Below are positions 37,348-47,595 of a stretch of 64,000 bases of DNA, in pieces. This DNA is from Kiritimatiellia bacterium (lineage in GTDB: Bacteria > Verrucomicrobiota > Kiritimatiellia > CAIQIC01 > Lenti-01). Made by a program: the position numbers and the translations under genes. How positions within the stretch are numbered: position 1 is the stretch's first letter; every line of letters starts with the position of its first letter. The notes under the pieces were generated by a model. That model saw nothing but the letters and a program-made list of their open reading frames with translations. It did no database searches and had not been told where the DNA came from. The stretch spans positions 12,628 to 76,627 of the forward strand of contig JAFXQI010000027.1 in assembly GCA_017527155.1 (NCBI GenBank), in the 5' to 3' direction.

Positions 37348-37611
37348 GTGCCGTCTCCGGTTGGGATACTGTTGGTTTTCAAAAAGAGTTTTTGATTTCT
37401 CTTATTCTTATGTCCTGTTCACGCTGTGCATATCATCACAACGCCTTGTTTTCAAGGGGCTTTTGCGGTCCCGCGGCTGTTCGCAACAGGCCCCCTCCCC
37501 CCTGTGCGGAATGTGCGCAACCCGGCGTTGTCCACAGGGCGGGGAGGTTTTCGACAGGTTGTGCACCGCCGGTGCACGCGGTTGTCGACAGGGTTGCCGG
37601 GCGCGCGCGCA
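37348..37611. promoter_or_regulatory. Candidate oriC in the dnaA-dnaN intergenic region: an AT-rich unwinding element plus a cluster of high-GC-type DnaA boxes
   Basis: The AT-rich stretch is 37350-37440 (ttggttttcaaaaagagtttttgatttctcttattcttatg). TTGTCCACA, TTTTCGACA, TTGTGCACC and TTGTCGACA fall within 37525-37600. Confidence 0.55.
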
Positions 37612-39009
37612 TCAGTTGGGGGCCGCGACGGTGCCGAGGCGCTGCTCGAGGGAGAGGATGGTCTGGCGCAGGGCGGCGTCGGTCTTCATCTTCTGGCCGA
37701 TGAGGCGGTGGGCGTGCAGGACGGTGGCGTGGTTGCGGCCGAAGGCGTTGCCGATGGCCGGCAGCGACTGGCCCGTCATCTCGCGGCACAGGTACATCGC
37801 CACCTGGCGCGGGAAGGCGATGTTCTGCGGCCGCTGCTTGCTCGTCATGTCGCCGAGGCGGATGTCGTAGTGCTCGGCGACGAGCCGCTGGATGCCCTCG
37901 ATGGTGAGCGCCGTCTGGTTCTCCTGCTCCAGCGTGTCGCGCAGGAGGTACTCGAGGGTTTCCTGCGTGAGCGCCTTCTTGGTGAGCGAGAGGTACGAGG
38001 TCACGCGCAGCAGCGACCCCTCCAGCTTGCGGATGTTCGAGCGGATGTGCTCGGCGATGAAGAAGAGCGCGTCGTCCGGCACCTGCAAATCCATCTGTTC
38101 GCGCTTGCGGCGGAGGATCGCCACGCGCGTTTCGAGGTTGGCCATCTCCATCTCGGTGACGAGGCCCCACTCGAAGCGCGAGACGAGGCGCTTCTGGAGG
38201 TTCGCGATTTCGCTCACCGGCCGGTCGCTCGTCAGGACGATCTGCTTCTGGTTCTCGTAGAGGGTGTTGAAGGTGTGGAAGAACTCCTCCTGGATGCCCT
38301 CCTTGCCGGCGAGGAAATGGATGTCGTCGATCAGCAGCATGTCGATCCCGCGGTACTTCTTGCGGAAGTCCGCGATGGCGTGCTGCTGGATGGCCTGGAT
38401 GTACTCGTTGGTGAACTTCTCGCTGGAGATGTAGCAAACGGTCCCCTTCTTCCCCTTGAGCACCGCGTCGCCCATCGCCTGGATGAGGTGCGTCTTGCCC
38501 AGCCCCGTCCCGCCGTGGATGAAGAGCGGATTGTACGCCCTGCCCGGCGCCTCCACCACCGCCAGCGCCGCCGCGTGCGCGAACGTGTTCGACGGCCCCA
38601 CCACGAAGTTCTCGAACGTGTTCTTCGGGTTCAGCGGACTCCCCACGTTGCAGCTGCGGACCGCGGCCTTGCGCGAGGGGGACTTCGCCGGCGCGGCCGG
38701 CGGCACCCCGCCCTGGAGCCGCTCCTCCGGCATCTCCCGCAGCTGGCGCGAGGCGTCGACCGCGAAGTGGATCGCCGGATTCTCGCACCCCGCCGCCGAG
38801 AGCGCCTTGCGGATGTGGGGCATGAAATTCTCCACCAGCCAATCCTGGTAGAAATCATTGGGCACGGTGAGCGTCAGCTGGCTCTCCCCGAGGTCGTCCC
38901 CGGCGGCGTCGATGACGCCGATCCAGCGCTCGTATATGTCCGGCGACAGCACTTCCGCGAGGAACTCCCGCGCCTTCTTCCAATATTCAATTGCCTGTTT
39001 CTCTTGCAC
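37612..39009 (-). CDS. dnaA: Chromosomal replication initiator DnaA. Start called at GTG 39009; an alternative GTG is at 39072.
   Basis: Domain I ([13 protein letters not shown]), AAA+ Walker A ([10 protein letters not shown]), and the domain IV DNA-binding helix ([16 protein letters not shown]). Confidence 0.9.
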   Translation of the reverse strand: MQEKQAIEYWKKAREFLAEVLSPDIYERWIGVIDAAGDDLGESQLTLTVPNDFYQDWLVENFMPHIRKALSAAGCENPAIHFAVDASRQLREMPEERLQGGVPPAAPAKSPSRKAAVRSCNVGSPLNPKNTFENFVVGPSNTFAHAAALAVVEAPGRAYNPLFIHGGTGLGKTHLIQAMGDAVLKGKKGTVCYISSEKFTNEYIQAIQQHAIADFRKKYRGIDMLLIDDIHFLAGKEGIQEEFFHTFNTLYENQKQIVLTSDRPVSEIANLQKRLVSRFEWGLVTEMEMANLETRVAILRRKREQMDLQVPDDALFFIAEHIRSNIRKLEGSLLRVTSYLSLTKKALTQETLEYLLRDTLEQENQTALTIEGIQRLVAEHYDIRLGDMTSKQRPQNIAFPRQVAMYLCREMTGQSLPAIGNAFGRNHATVLHAHRLIGQKMKTDAALRQTILSLEQRLGTVAAPN

Positions 39010-39099
39010 GACACAAACCCTGTTACCCGGCGGGCGACGCACGCAACTATCGCACGAAACCCCGCGCGGCACAAACCAAATGGTGACCGGACGCCGATG

Positions 39100-39586
39100 A
39101 CTCCCGCCGTCCGCCGTTCCGTCGCCCCGGAAAAGTTATCAACAGGTTGTTCACACTGCCCATCCTTTCCTTGGCTCCGAAAACGGCCCCGACGATAACG
39201 GCCGACCGCCCCCTTGGCAAGCCCGGGCCGCATCCCGATGGCAAAAACCGAAACGCCACAACATCCAGCGATGCCAAACTGGCACACCCACAACATCCTG
39301 TATCTTGAAAAAACTTCCCGCAAACCGCTTGACAGCACCGCTTCCCCACCTAACTGCTTGATAACAGCCCCCGATAGACCGCGGCTTCCCCGTTTTCCGG
39401 CCCTTTTCCGGCAAGTAATCCACAACGGCCTCCGCTCCGCCGTTCCAACTCCTTGTCCCGTCCGCGCATCCGTCCACGCCGCTTTCCGCCCGCGTTTTTG
39501 GACTTGCAAAACCCGCCCCCCGCGCGCACCTTCCCGCGTGGCGCGACGGTGCGCCTCCAACCACAACGTCCAACAGGGAGAACAAG
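39100..39586. promoter_or_regulatory. Divergent promoter region between dnaA and the rubrerythrin gene, with scattered DnaA-box-like 9-mers
   Basis: TTATCAACA (39135), TTGTTCACA (39146) and TAATCCACA (39414). This could be a second origin cluster or DnaA autoregulation sites. Confidence 0.4.
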
Positions 39587-40138
39587 ATGAAAATGTACGT
39601 TTGCAGCGTCTGCGGATACGTCCACTACGGCGACGAGCCCCCGGCCAACTGCCCCCAGTGCAAGGCCCCCGCCTCGAAGTTCCAGGAACAGACCCCCGGC
39701 GAAGGCAAGCTCGTGTTCGCCGACGAACACCGCGTCGGCGTCGCCAAGGGCCTCGACGAGCGCGTCGTCCAGGGCCTCAAGGAGAACTTCAACGGCGAGT
39801 GCTGCGAAGTCGGCATGTACCTGGCCATGAGCCGCCAGGCCGACCGCGACGGCTATCCCGAAGTCGCCGAGGCCTTCAAGCGCTACGCCTGGGAAGAAGC
39901 CGAGCACGCCGCCAAGTTCTGCGAACTCCTCGGCGAACTCCTCGCCCCCTGCACCAAGACGAACCTGACCATGCGCGTCGCCGCCGAACACGGCGCCACC
40001 GCCGGCAAGCTCAAGCTCGCCAAGCTGGCCAAGGAACTCGGCTACGACGCCGTCCACGACACCGTCCACGAGATGGCCAAGGACGAAGCCCGCCACGGCA
40101 AGGGCTTCGAAGGCCTCCTCGCCCGCCACTTCAAGTAA
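39587..40138 (+). CDS. Reverse rubrerythrin (N-terminal rubredoxin-like CxxC...CxxC, C-terminal diiron four-helix bundle)
   Basis: [28 protein letters not shown] then ferritin-like E...EXXH motifs ([18 protein letters not shown]). AGGGAG SD upstream. Confidence 0.9.
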   Translation: MKMYVCSVCGYVHYGDEPPANCPQCKAPASKFQEQTPGEGKLVFADEHRVGVAKGLDERVVQGLKENFNGECCEVGMYLAMSRQADRDGYPEVAEAFKRYAWEEAEHAAKFCELLGELLAPCTKTNLTMRVAAEHGATAGKLKLAKLAKELGYDAVHDTVHEMAKDEARHGKGFEGLLARHFK

Positions 40139-40310
40139 GGCGGCCCCCAATCAGGCCTCCGCGCGCGCGGGACCCCGGTCCCGCGCGTTTTTGCACCCCG
40201 CACCCCGCGGCGGCAATCGATGGCAACCGTCTTTCCCCGAGCGGATTTTCTTTCGCCGCGGCCCGGTTTGTGGCAGGATGGTTCCCCACCAACCCAAAGG
40301 AGACCGTCCC

Positions 40311-41129
40311 ATGATCCATCCCACCGCCATCATCGAAAAAGGCGCCCAGCTCGGCACCAACTGCGAAATCGGCCCCTTCGCCTACGTCGCGGCCAAGGCC
40401 CGCCTCGGCGACGGCTGCCGCCTCGGCCCCCACGCCTGCGTCCTCGACTACGCCACCCTCGGCGCCCGCTGCGTCCTCCACGCCGGGGCCGTCGTCGGCG
40501 ACCTCCCCCAGGACCTCTCCTACGGCGGCTGGGCCTCCTACCTCGAAGTCGGCGACGACTGCACCTTCCGCGAAGGCGCGACCGTCCACCGCGGCGCCGG
40601 CGAAGGCACCACCACCCGCCTCGGCCACCACGTCTACATGATGGCCAACAGCCACTTCGGCCACAACACCCAGATCGGCGACCACGTCATCGCCGCCAAC
40701 TGCGCCCTCATCGCCGGGCACGTCCACGTCGGCGAGCACACCTTCCTCGGCGGCGGATGCGCCATCCACCAGCACGTCCACCTCGGCCGCTACGTCATGA
40801 TTTCCGGCGTCCTCGGCGTCGTCAAGGACGTCCCCTCCTTCTGCAGCACCTCCGTCATGACCCTCGGCGGCGTCATCGCCGGCCTCAACGTCGTGGGCCT
40901 CCGCCGCGGCGGCTTCACCCCCGCCCAGCGCGCCGAGATCAAGAAAGTCTACACCATCGTCTTCCGCAGCGGCCTCAACGTCCACCAGGCCGCCGAGCGC
41001 CTGCGCACCGACATGCCCGATAGCCCCTTCGCCGCCGAATACCTCGCCTTCATCGCCGACAGCGAGCGCGGCCTCGGCTCCGAAGCCCGGCGCCACACCA
41101 CCGCCGTCTCCGCCCCGGCCGATGCCTGA
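40311..41129 (+). CDS. lpxA: Acyl-ACP--UDP-N-acetylglucosamine O-acyltransferase
   Basis: Left-handed beta-helix hexapeptide repeats throughout, MIHPTAIIEKGAQLG, and a C-terminal helical domain. Confidence 0.85.
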   Translation: MIHPTAIIEKGAQLGTNCEIGPFAYVAAKARLGDGCRLGPHACVLDYATLGARCVLHAGAVVGDLPQDLSYGGWASYLEVGDDCTFREGATVHRGAGEGTTTRLGHHVYMMANSHFGHNTQIGDHVIAANCALIAGHVHVGEHTFLGGGCAIHQHVHLGRYVMISGVLGVVKDVPSFCSTSVMTLGGVIAGLNVVGLRRGGFTPAQRAEIKKVYTIVFRSGLNVHQAAERLRTDMPDSPFAAEYLAFIADSERGLGSEARRHTTAVSAPADA

Positions 41130-42012
41130 CGGCGCCCCCAGCCTGCGCGTCGCCCCCGGCGGCTTCCGCGGCTACGAACTCCTCGACTCCGGCGACCGCC
41201 TCAAACTCGAGCGCTTCGGCCCCGTCACCGTCATCCGCGGCGAACCCAAGGCCTGGTGGTCGCCCCGTCTCCCCCGCGCCGACTGGGACCGCGCCGACGC
41301 CATCCACGACGAAGACCGCGGCTGGCGCCTCCGCCCCCGTACCCCGCGCCAGTGGGAGATGGACTGCGAAGGCCTGCGCCTGCTCCTCCGCATCGCCGAC
41401 ACCAGCAAACACCTCGGCGTATTCCCCGAGCAATCCCCCCACTGGCGCGCCATCCGCGCCGCCGGCAAGGCCGCCGCCCGCGGCGGCGGGGAACCGCCGC
41501 GCCTGCTGAACCTCTTCGGCTACACCGGCGCCGCCACCCTCGCCGCCGCCCGGTCCGGATGGCACGCCACCCACGTCGACGCCTCCAAGCCCGCCATCGC
41601 CTGGGGCCGCGAAAACCAGCGCCTGTCCGGCCTCTCCGACGCCCCCATCCGCTGGATCCTCGAAGACGCCGTCAAATACGTCCAGCGCGAAATCCGCCGC
41701 GGCTCCCGCTACGAAGGCATCCTCCTCGACCCGCCCGCCTTCGGCCGCTCCCCCACCGGCAAGGTCTGGAAGGTCGAATACCATCTCGCCGACCTCCTCT
41801 CCCTCTGCCGACAGGCCCTCTCCGACCGCCCCCTCCTCCTCATCCTCACCACCTACAACATCGAAGCCTCCGCCCTCATGCTCAAAAACCTCCTCTCCGA
41901 CACCCTCCACGGCCTCCCCGGCACCATCGAAGCCGGCGAACTCGTCCTCCCCCACGCCTCCTCCCCCGCCCGCCTCCTCCCCCTCTCCATCTACGCGAGG
42001 TGGCAAGCCTAG
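41122..42012 (+). CDS. Class I SAM-dependent RNA methyltransferase (RlmI/RlmK-like)
   Basis: LLNLFGYTGAATLAAARSG...ILLDPPAFGRS is the SAM-binding fold. The ORF overlaps the lpxA stop. Confidence 0.7.
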   Translation: MPDGAPSLRVAPGGFRGYELLDSGDRLKLERFGPVTVIRGEPKAWWSPRLPRADWDRADAIHDEDRGWRLRPRTPRQWEMDCEGLRLLLRIADTSKHLGVFPEQSPHWRAIRAAGKAAARGGGEPPRLLNLFGYTGAATLAAARSGWHATHVDASKPAIAWGRENQRLSGLSDAPIRWILEDAVKYVQREIRRGSRYEGILLDPPAFGRSPTGKVWKVEYHLADLLSLCRQALSDRPLLLILTTYNIEASALMLKNLLSDTLHGLPGTIEAGELVLPHASSPARLLPLSIYARWQA

Positions 42013-42050
42013 CCCTTCTAGAAATCTAGAGTCTCTAGATATCTAGTTCC
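42013..42050. repeat. TCTAGAAATCTAGAGTCTCTAGATATCTAG palindromic CTAG cluster directly after a TAG stop
   Basis: Direct reading. Same family as 14141-14185 and 60024-60040. Confidence 0.65.
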
Positions 42051-42061
42051 CCCTCCAAGCC

Positions 42062-43006
42062 ATGCCCGCCAACCCCCAAACTCTCCTCCGCGACCTCGGC
42101 GAAAACGCCCTCCTCCGCCGCATCCTCCCCCTCCTCCCTCCCGGCCGCCACGTCGCCGTCGGCCCCGGCGACGACTGCGCCGTCGTCCGCCTCCCCGGCT
42201 CCCCGACCGACCTCCTCTACACCACCGACGCCGTCATCGAGCGCCGCCACTTCCCCGCCTGGCGCGATTGCGCCCCCTCCGGCGTCACCCCCGCGATGAT
42301 CGGCCGCAAGGCCCTCGCCCGCACCCTCTCCGACATCGCCGCCATGGGAGGCACCCCCCTGCACGCCCTCGTCGACCTCGTCGCGCCCGCCGACCTCCCC
42401 GTCCCCTTCGCCCTCGGCCTCTTCCGCGGAATGCGCACCCTCGCCCACCAACACGCCGTCGGCATCATCGGCGGCGACACCGCCGAAGGCCCCGCCCTCG
42501 AACTCCACCTCACCGCCGTCGGCACCGTCCCCCGCCGCCGCGCCATCCTCCGCTCCGGCGCCCGCCCCGGCGATATCCTGTACGTCACCGGCCGCCTCGG
42601 CGCCTCCTGGCGCCCCGGCAACAAAAAACACTACACCTTCCTCCCCCGCCTCGCCGAAGGCCGCTTCCTGCTCCCCTGGGCCACCTCCATGATGGACCTC
42701 TCCGACGGCCTTTCCACCGACCTCCCCCGCCTTCTCGACGCCTCCCGTGCCGGCGCCGCCCTCGACTTCGAGTCCATCCCCCTCTCCCCTGCCGCCCGCC
42801 GCACCCCCGACCCACTCGCCTCCGCCCTCGCCGACGGCGAAGACTTCGAACTCCTCTTCACCATCCCCGAGAAGAAGCAGCCCGCCTTCGCCCGCGCCTG
42901 GCGCGCCGCCTTCCCCCGCCTCCCCGCCACCCCCATCGGCCGCATCCTCGCCGATCCGGCCGCCCGCCCCCTCCCTCCCGGCGGTTGGCAGCACTTCCGT
43001 TCCTGA
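42062..43006 (+). CDS. thiL: Thiamine-monophosphate kinase
   Basis: AIR-synthase-related fold: VGPGDDCAVV, GIIGGDTAEGP, LDFESIPL. Confidence 0.8.
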   Translation: MPANPQTLLRDLGENALLRRILPLLPPGRHVAVGPGDDCAVVRLPGSPTDLLYTTDAVIERRHFPAWRDCAPSGVTPAMIGRKALARTLSDIAAMGGTPLHALVDLVAPADLPVPFALGLFRGMRTLAHQHAVGIIGGDTAEGPALELHLTAVGTVPRRRAILRSGARPGDILYVTGRLGASWRPGNKKHYTFLPRLAEGRFLLPWATSMMDLSDGLSTDLPRLLDASRAGAALDFESIPLSPAARRTPDPLASALADGEDFELLFTIPEKKQPAFARAWRAAFPRLPATPIGRILADPAARPLPPGGWQHFRS

Positions 43007-43093
43007 CCCCGTGATGCCGGGCTTCAGTCCATCCCATATTTGGCACCACGGTTTTCTTGACAAAACACCCCCATTCCCCCACACTCCCCTCCC

Positions 43094-43942
43094 ATGAAAA
43101 CCATCCTCCGCAACGCCTCCCGCGCCACCCAGCCCGTCTACGACATCGTCTCCGGCCTGTTCACCGGCCCCGGCGCCATCGGCCTCGCCTTCCTCCCCCT
43201 CGTCCTCGGCGTCACCACGACCGCGTTCCTCGGCTTCGTCGCCACCGAAACCGGCCGCGCCATCCTCGACGAAGTCCGCCGCCGCGGCCGCCCCGCGGCC
43301 CCGCGTCCCGCCGCCCCCTCCCTCCGCGGCGCCCCGACCGCCGCCGAACTCGCCGCCGACTGCGGAACATCCCCCCGCACCCTCGCCGTCCGCCTGCGCC
43401 TCGGCTCCCGCCTGGCCGATCTCGAACCCACGCTCGACCGCGGTCTCGAGCGCAAAACCGGCCGCATCCGCGGTCGCGCCCCCGGCATGAAGGGCTACAT
43501 CGCCGCCGCCCGCCTCTCCGTCTCCTACCGCACCCTGATGCGCTACAAACTCCTTGCCAACCGCCTCCGCCAACTCCTTGTCCTCGATCCCCGCCTCCCC
43601 CTCGAATGGCTCCTCCCCGGCACCGTCCCCGACCGCGAGCTCCCCGCCGACCTCCAGTCCCGATACCACGCCGCCCGCCGCCGCCTCGCCCGCCTTCTCC
43701 GCGACCACCGGAACTTCGACCGCCTGCGCAAGCACGTCGATGCCAAGCTCGGCATCCCCGAACTCCTGGCCGTCCGCCGCGCGGAATCGGCGGCCCGCGG
43801 CGACTACGCCGTCACCGCGACTCCCGACCGCATCGACGCGACGCGGCGCGCCTTTGCCCGCTTCCTGTGCGAGCGCGGCCTTCCACGGAAACCCGCCGCC
43901 TGCCGCGGGCCCTTCCCCGCGTGGCTCCTCTCCCGCGGCTAA
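43094..43942 (+). CDS. Hypothetical membrane-anchored protein, paralog of 10586..11521
   Basis: N-terminal TM helices and the conserved blocks shared with the 10.6-kb paralog. Confidence 0.55.
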   Translation: MKTILRNASRATQPVYDIVSGLFTGPGAIGLAFLPLVLGVTTTAFLGFVATETGRAILDEVRRRGRPAAPRPAAPSLRGAPTAAELAADCGTSPRTLAVRLRLGSRLADLEPTLDRGLERKTGRIRGRAPGMKGYIAAARLSVSYRTLMRYKLLANRLRQLLVLDPRLPLEWLLPGTVPDRELPADLQSRYHAARRRLARLLRDHRNFDRLRKHVDAKLGIPELLAVRRAESAARGDYAVTATPDRIDATRRAFARFLCERGLPRKPAACRGPFPAWLLSRG

Positions 43943-44015
43943 ACCATTGCGGGGCCGTCCCCGGCGTGGTACAACCTCCCTGCTCCGCCACTGGGCGGAG
44001 GAAAGGACCCCCAAC

Positions 44016-44321
44016 ATGGCCATGGACTTTTCGGAAACCGCGGACCGCATGGACGTCCGCTACGTCGCGGCCCTCGCGCGCATCTCGCTCGACGGCGCCG
44101 AGGCGGAGGAACTGCAGTCCCAGCTCGACGGCATCCTCGCCTACGTCGGCGAGCTCAAGAAGCTCGACGTCGAGGGCGTGCCCGCGTTCGACGACGCCAG
44201 CGGCGTCGAAGGCGCCTGGCACGAGGACGAACCCGGCGAATGCCTGCCGCACGACGTCGCGATGTCGCTCGCGCCCCTGGAGCGGCACGGGCAGTTCGTG
44301 GTGCCGAAGATCATCGAGTAG
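44016..44321 (+). CDS. gatC: Asp-tRNA(Asn)/Glu-tRNA(Gln) amidotransferase subunit C
   Basis: MAMDFSETADRMDVRYVAALARISLDGAEAEELQSQLDGILAYVGEL. Confidence 0.8.
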   Translation: MAMDFSETADRMDVRYVAALARISLDGAEAEELQSQLDGILAYVGELKKLDVEGVPAFDDASGVEGAWHEDEPGECLPHDVAMSLAPLERHGQFVVPKIIE

Positions 44322-44336
44322 GCGGAGGATTCTGCG

Positions 44337-45854
44337 ATGCGCAAGGACGAATTGATCGAATTGGGCGTGGGGGACGCGCTGGACGCGATGGCGGCGGGCC
44401 GCACGTCGTCGGAGGAACTGACGGCGGCGCTCCTGGAGCGCATGGACGCACTGCAGCCGCAGCTCAACGCCCTGACGTGGTACGACGCGGAGGACGCGCT
44501 CGCCCAGGCCCGCGCGGCGGACGCGGAGCGGGCGGCCGGCGCCGCGGAAACCAAACCGCTGCTCGGCGTGCCGATCGCCATCAAGGACCTCCTGAACGTC
44601 CGTGGCCAGCCCTGCACCGCGGGTTCGAACATCCTCAAGGGCTACACCGCCCCCTACGATGCGACGGTCATCGCCCGCCTGCGCGCGGCCGGCGCGGTGA
44701 TGGTCTCGCGCGCGAACACCGACGAATTCGCGATGGGCGGCAGCACGGAAACCAGCGCCTACGGTCCGTCGAAAAACCCCTGGGACCCGACCCGCATCCC
44801 GGGCGGCAGCAGCGGCGGCAGCGCGGCGGCGGTGGCGGCGCGCCTGGCCCCGGCGGCGCTGGGGTCGGACACGGGGGGGAGCATCCGCCAGCCGGCGTCC
44901 TTCTGCGGCATCACGGGGCTCAAGCCGACCTACGGCCGTGTCTCGCGCTACGGCTGCACGGCCTTCGCGTCGTCCCTCGACCAGGTGGGCCCGATGGCGC
45001 GCACCGTCGAGGACGCCGCCCGCGTCTACGCCGTCATCGCCGGCGCCGACCCCCACGACGCCACGACCCGCGCCGAGCCGCTCGGCGACCCCGTGGGCGC
45101 GGCCCGCGGCGGCGCCGCGTCGCGCTCGCTCAAGGGCGTCCGCATCGGCCTCCCGCGCGAATACTTCTCGAGCGGCACCGACCCCGAAGTCGAATCCCTG
45201 GTGCGCGCCGCCGTCGAAGAGTGCCGCCGCCTCGGCGCCGAGACGGTGGACGTCTCCCTCCCGCACACCCAATACGGCATCGCCTGCTACTACATCCTGG
45301 CCCCGGCCGAAGCCTCCGCGAACCTGGCCCGCTACGAAGGCGTCCGCTACGGCGCCCGCGCCCGCGACGCCGAAGACCTCCTCGCCCTCTACGAACAGAC
45401 CCGCTCCCGCGGCTTCGGCGCCGAAGTCAAGCGCCGCGTCATCCTGGGCACCTACGTCCTCGGCAGCGGTTTCTACGACGCCTACTACGCGCGCGCCCAG
45501 AAAGTCCGCACCCTCGTCCGCCGCGACTTCGAGGCCGCCTTCGCCGGCGGCGGGTGCGACGTCCTGCTGGGCCCCGTCGCGCCGACGCCCGCGTTCCGGC
45601 TCGGCGAGCGCACGGCCGACCCGCTGCAGATGTACCTCGGCGACATCTTCACCGTGAACGTCAACCTCGCCGGCGTCTGCGCCATGAGCGTCCCCTGCGG
45701 CTTCACCGCGGCGGGACTCCCCGTCGGCCTGCACCTCGTCGGCCCCGCCTTCGGCGAAGACCGCCTCCTCTCCGTCGCCGCCGCCTACCAGGCCTCCACC
45801 GACTGGCACCTCCGGCGGCCGCCGGAAGAAACGTTGGATGGTGCGATGGTTTGA
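44337..45854 (+). CDS. gatA: Glutamyl-tRNA(Gln) amidotransferase subunit A
   Basis: Amidase signature GGSSGGSAAAVAA, catalytic Ser-cisSer-Lys region. Confidence 0.9.
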   Translation: MRKDELIELGVGDALDAMAAGRTSSEELTAALLERMDALQPQLNALTWYDAEDALAQARAADAERAAGAAETKPLLGVPIAIKDLLNVRGQPCTAGSNILKGYTAPYDATVIARLRAAGAVMVSRANTDEFAMGGSTETSAYGPSKNPWDPTRIPGGSSGGSAAAVAARLAPAALGSDTGGSIRQPASFCGITGLKPTYGRVSRYGCTAFASSLDQVGPMARTVEDAARVYAVIAGADPHDATTRAEPLGDPVGAARGGAASRSLKGVRIGLPREYFSSGTDPEVESLVRAAVEECRRLGAETVDVSLPHTQYGIACYYILAPAEASANLARYEGVRYGARARDAEDLLALYEQTRSRGFGAEVKRRVILGTYVLGSGFYDAYYARAQKVRTLVRRDFEAAFAGGGCDVLLGPVAPTPAFRLGERTADPLQMYLGDIFTVNVNLAGVCAMSVPCGFTAAGLPVGLHLVGPAFGEDRLLSVAAAYQASTDWHLRRPPEETLDGAMV

Positions 45855-45962
45855 TGGTGCGATGGTTTTCCAGCCCCACAGGCAACCATCCAACCCGCGA
45901 ATCATCCACCCATCCACCCATCAAACTATCAAACTATCAAACCATCCAACCATCCAACCATC
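45855..45962. repeat. gatA-gatB intergenic imperfect palindrome/microsatellite built from CCATC(A/C)AAC(T/C) 9-mers. Its left arm overlaps the gatA 3' end.
   Basis: Left arm tggatggtgcgatggtttgatggtgcgatggtt. Right arm catcaaactatcaaactatcaaaccatccaaccatccaaccatc. Confidence 0.6.
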
Positions 45963-47390
45963 ATGACCTACATCGCCTCCATCGGCCTCGAAGTCCACGT
46001 CCAGCTCAAGACGCGCACCAAGATGTTCTGCTCCTGCCCCGCGCACCGCGAAGACGACCCGCCGAACACCAACGTCTGCCCCGTCTGCCTGGGCCTGCCC
46101 GGCGCCCTGCCGGTACCCAACCGCGAAGCCATCCGCAAGACCGTCAAGACCGGCCTCATGATGGGTTCCACCATCTCCCTGCGCAGCCGCTTCGACCGCA
46201 AGAACTACTTCTATCCCGACATGCCCAAGAACTACCAGATCACCCAGCAGGAGCGCCCCCTCTGCATCGGCGGCGGCCTCGAGATCGAAGTCAACGGCAA
46301 AAAGAAATACATCCGCCTCAACCACATCCACCAGGAAGAAGACGCCGCCAAGATCACCCACCTCGAGCACTCCTCCGAGATCGACTACAACCGCGCTTCC
46401 ACCCCCCTCATGGAGATGGTCACCGAGCCCGACATGTCCACCCCCGACGAAGCCATCGCCTTCCTGACCGCCCTGCGCGAAATGCTCATCTATGCCGGCA
46501 TCAGCGAATGCGACCTCGAGCGCGGCCACATGCGCTGCGACGTCAACTCCTCCATCCGACCCGCCGGAACCGACCGCCTCGGCGTCAAGTGCGAGATCAA
46601 GAACATGAACACCTTCCGCGGCATCCACCGCGCCCTCGAGTACGAACTCCGCCGCCAGCAATCCGTCCTCGAGAGCGGCGGCACCCTCCGCCAGGAAACC
46701 CGCCGCTGGGACGACGAAGCCGGGGCCACCTTCCCCATGCGCTCCAAGGAATACGCCCACGACTACCGCTACTTCAACGAACCCGACCTCCCGCCCGTCG
46801 TCCTCGACCAGGCCACAATCGACCAATGGCGCACCGAGATCCCCGAACTCCCGCGCGCCCGCCGCGCCCGGTTCGTCGCCGACTACGGCCTGCCCGAATA
46901 CGACGCCGGCGTCCTGACCGCCGACCGTGCCATCGCCGACTGGTACGAAGCCGCCGCGCGCGCCTCCAAAAACCCCAAAGCCGTCTCCAACTGGGTCATG
47001 GGCGAACTCCTCCGAGCCCTGGGCGAAAAAGGCCTTTCCATCACCGACGCCAAGATCACGCCCGCCGCCCTGGCCTCCCTCCTCGACCTCCTCGACAAAA
47101 AGACCATCAACGGCCCGGCCGCCAAGGAAGTCTTCCAGATCCTCTTCGACCAGGGCGGCGACCCCGCCGAAATCGTGAAAGCCAAAGGCCTTGCCCAGGT
47201 CAGCGACACCGGCGCCATGGAAACCTTCGCCGAGCAGGCCATCGCCGCCAACCCCAAATCCGTCGACGACTACCGCAGCGGCAAACAAGCCGCCCTCATG
47301 TACCTGGTCGGCCAAGTCATGAAACTCTCCCGCGGCAAAGCCAACCCCCAGCTCGCCGCCGAAATCCTCCGCTCCAAACTCGCCCCGTAA
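45963..47390 (+). CDS. gatB: Aspartyl/glutamyl-tRNA amidotransferase subunit B
   Basis: MTYIASIGLEVHVQLKTRTKMFCSCP, and the C-terminal GatB/YqeY domain. Confidence 0.9.
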   Translation: MTYIASIGLEVHVQLKTRTKMFCSCPAHREDDPPNTNVCPVCLGLPGALPVPNREAIRKTVKTGLMMGSTISLRSRFDRKNYFYPDMPKNYQITQQERPLCIGGGLEIEVNGKKKYIRLNHIHQEEDAAKITHLEHSSEIDYNRASTPLMEMVTEPDMSTPDEAIAFLTALREMLIYAGISECDLERGHMRCDVNSSIRPAGTDRLGVKCEIKNMNTFRGIHRALEYELRRQQSVLESGGTLRQETRRWDDEAGATFPMRSKEYAHDYRYFNEPDLPPVVLDQATIDQWRTEIPELPRARRARFVADYGLPEYDAGVLTADRAIADWYEAAARASKNPKAVSNWVMGELLRALGEKGLSITDAKITPAALASLLDLLDKKTINGPAAKEVFQILFDQGGDPAEIVKAKGLAQVSDTGAMETFAEQAIAANPKSVDDYRSGKQAALMYLVGQVMKLSRGKANPQLAAEILRSKLAP

Positions 47391-47424
47391 GGCGGCTCAA
47401 GAAACAGCGTAGCTTCTGCTTGGT

Positions 47425-47545
47425 CTTCCAGACAGGTGGGGCGAGCTCTCCGAGCGAGCCGTTCCAACCGATTGAGCGGCTCGCACGGAGTGCTCGCCCC
47501 ACCACGGGGCGGCCACCGCTCCAACGCCGTTCGCCGAAGCGGAAT
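47425..47545. repeat. 122-bp repeat containing the imperfect-palindrome hairpin element. It is the left copy of a direct-repeat pair.
   Basis: ~95% identical to 49265-49386: cttccagac-ggtggggcgagctctccgagcgagccgttccaaccg-ttgagcggctcgcacggagtgctcgccccaccacggggcggccaccgctccaacgccgttcg-cgaagcggaa. Confidence 0.8.
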
Positions 47546-47595
47546 CCGCCCCCGTTCCGTGCGCCTCCCCTGACGCATACCCGCCCCGGAAAATT

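Noticed and set aside
39100-39586. Primary oriC upstream of dnaA
   Set aside because: It has only scattered 1-mismatch DnaA boxes and no pronounced AT-rich element. The dnaA-dnaN spacer has the better box cluster plus the unwinding element, so this region is kept only as a secondary or autoregulatory candidate.
42035-44050. 671-aa minus-strand ORF across thiL, the paralog gene and gatC
   Set aside because: Gly/Ala/Glu-rich shadow. The + strand genes thiL, the hypothetical and gatC are real.
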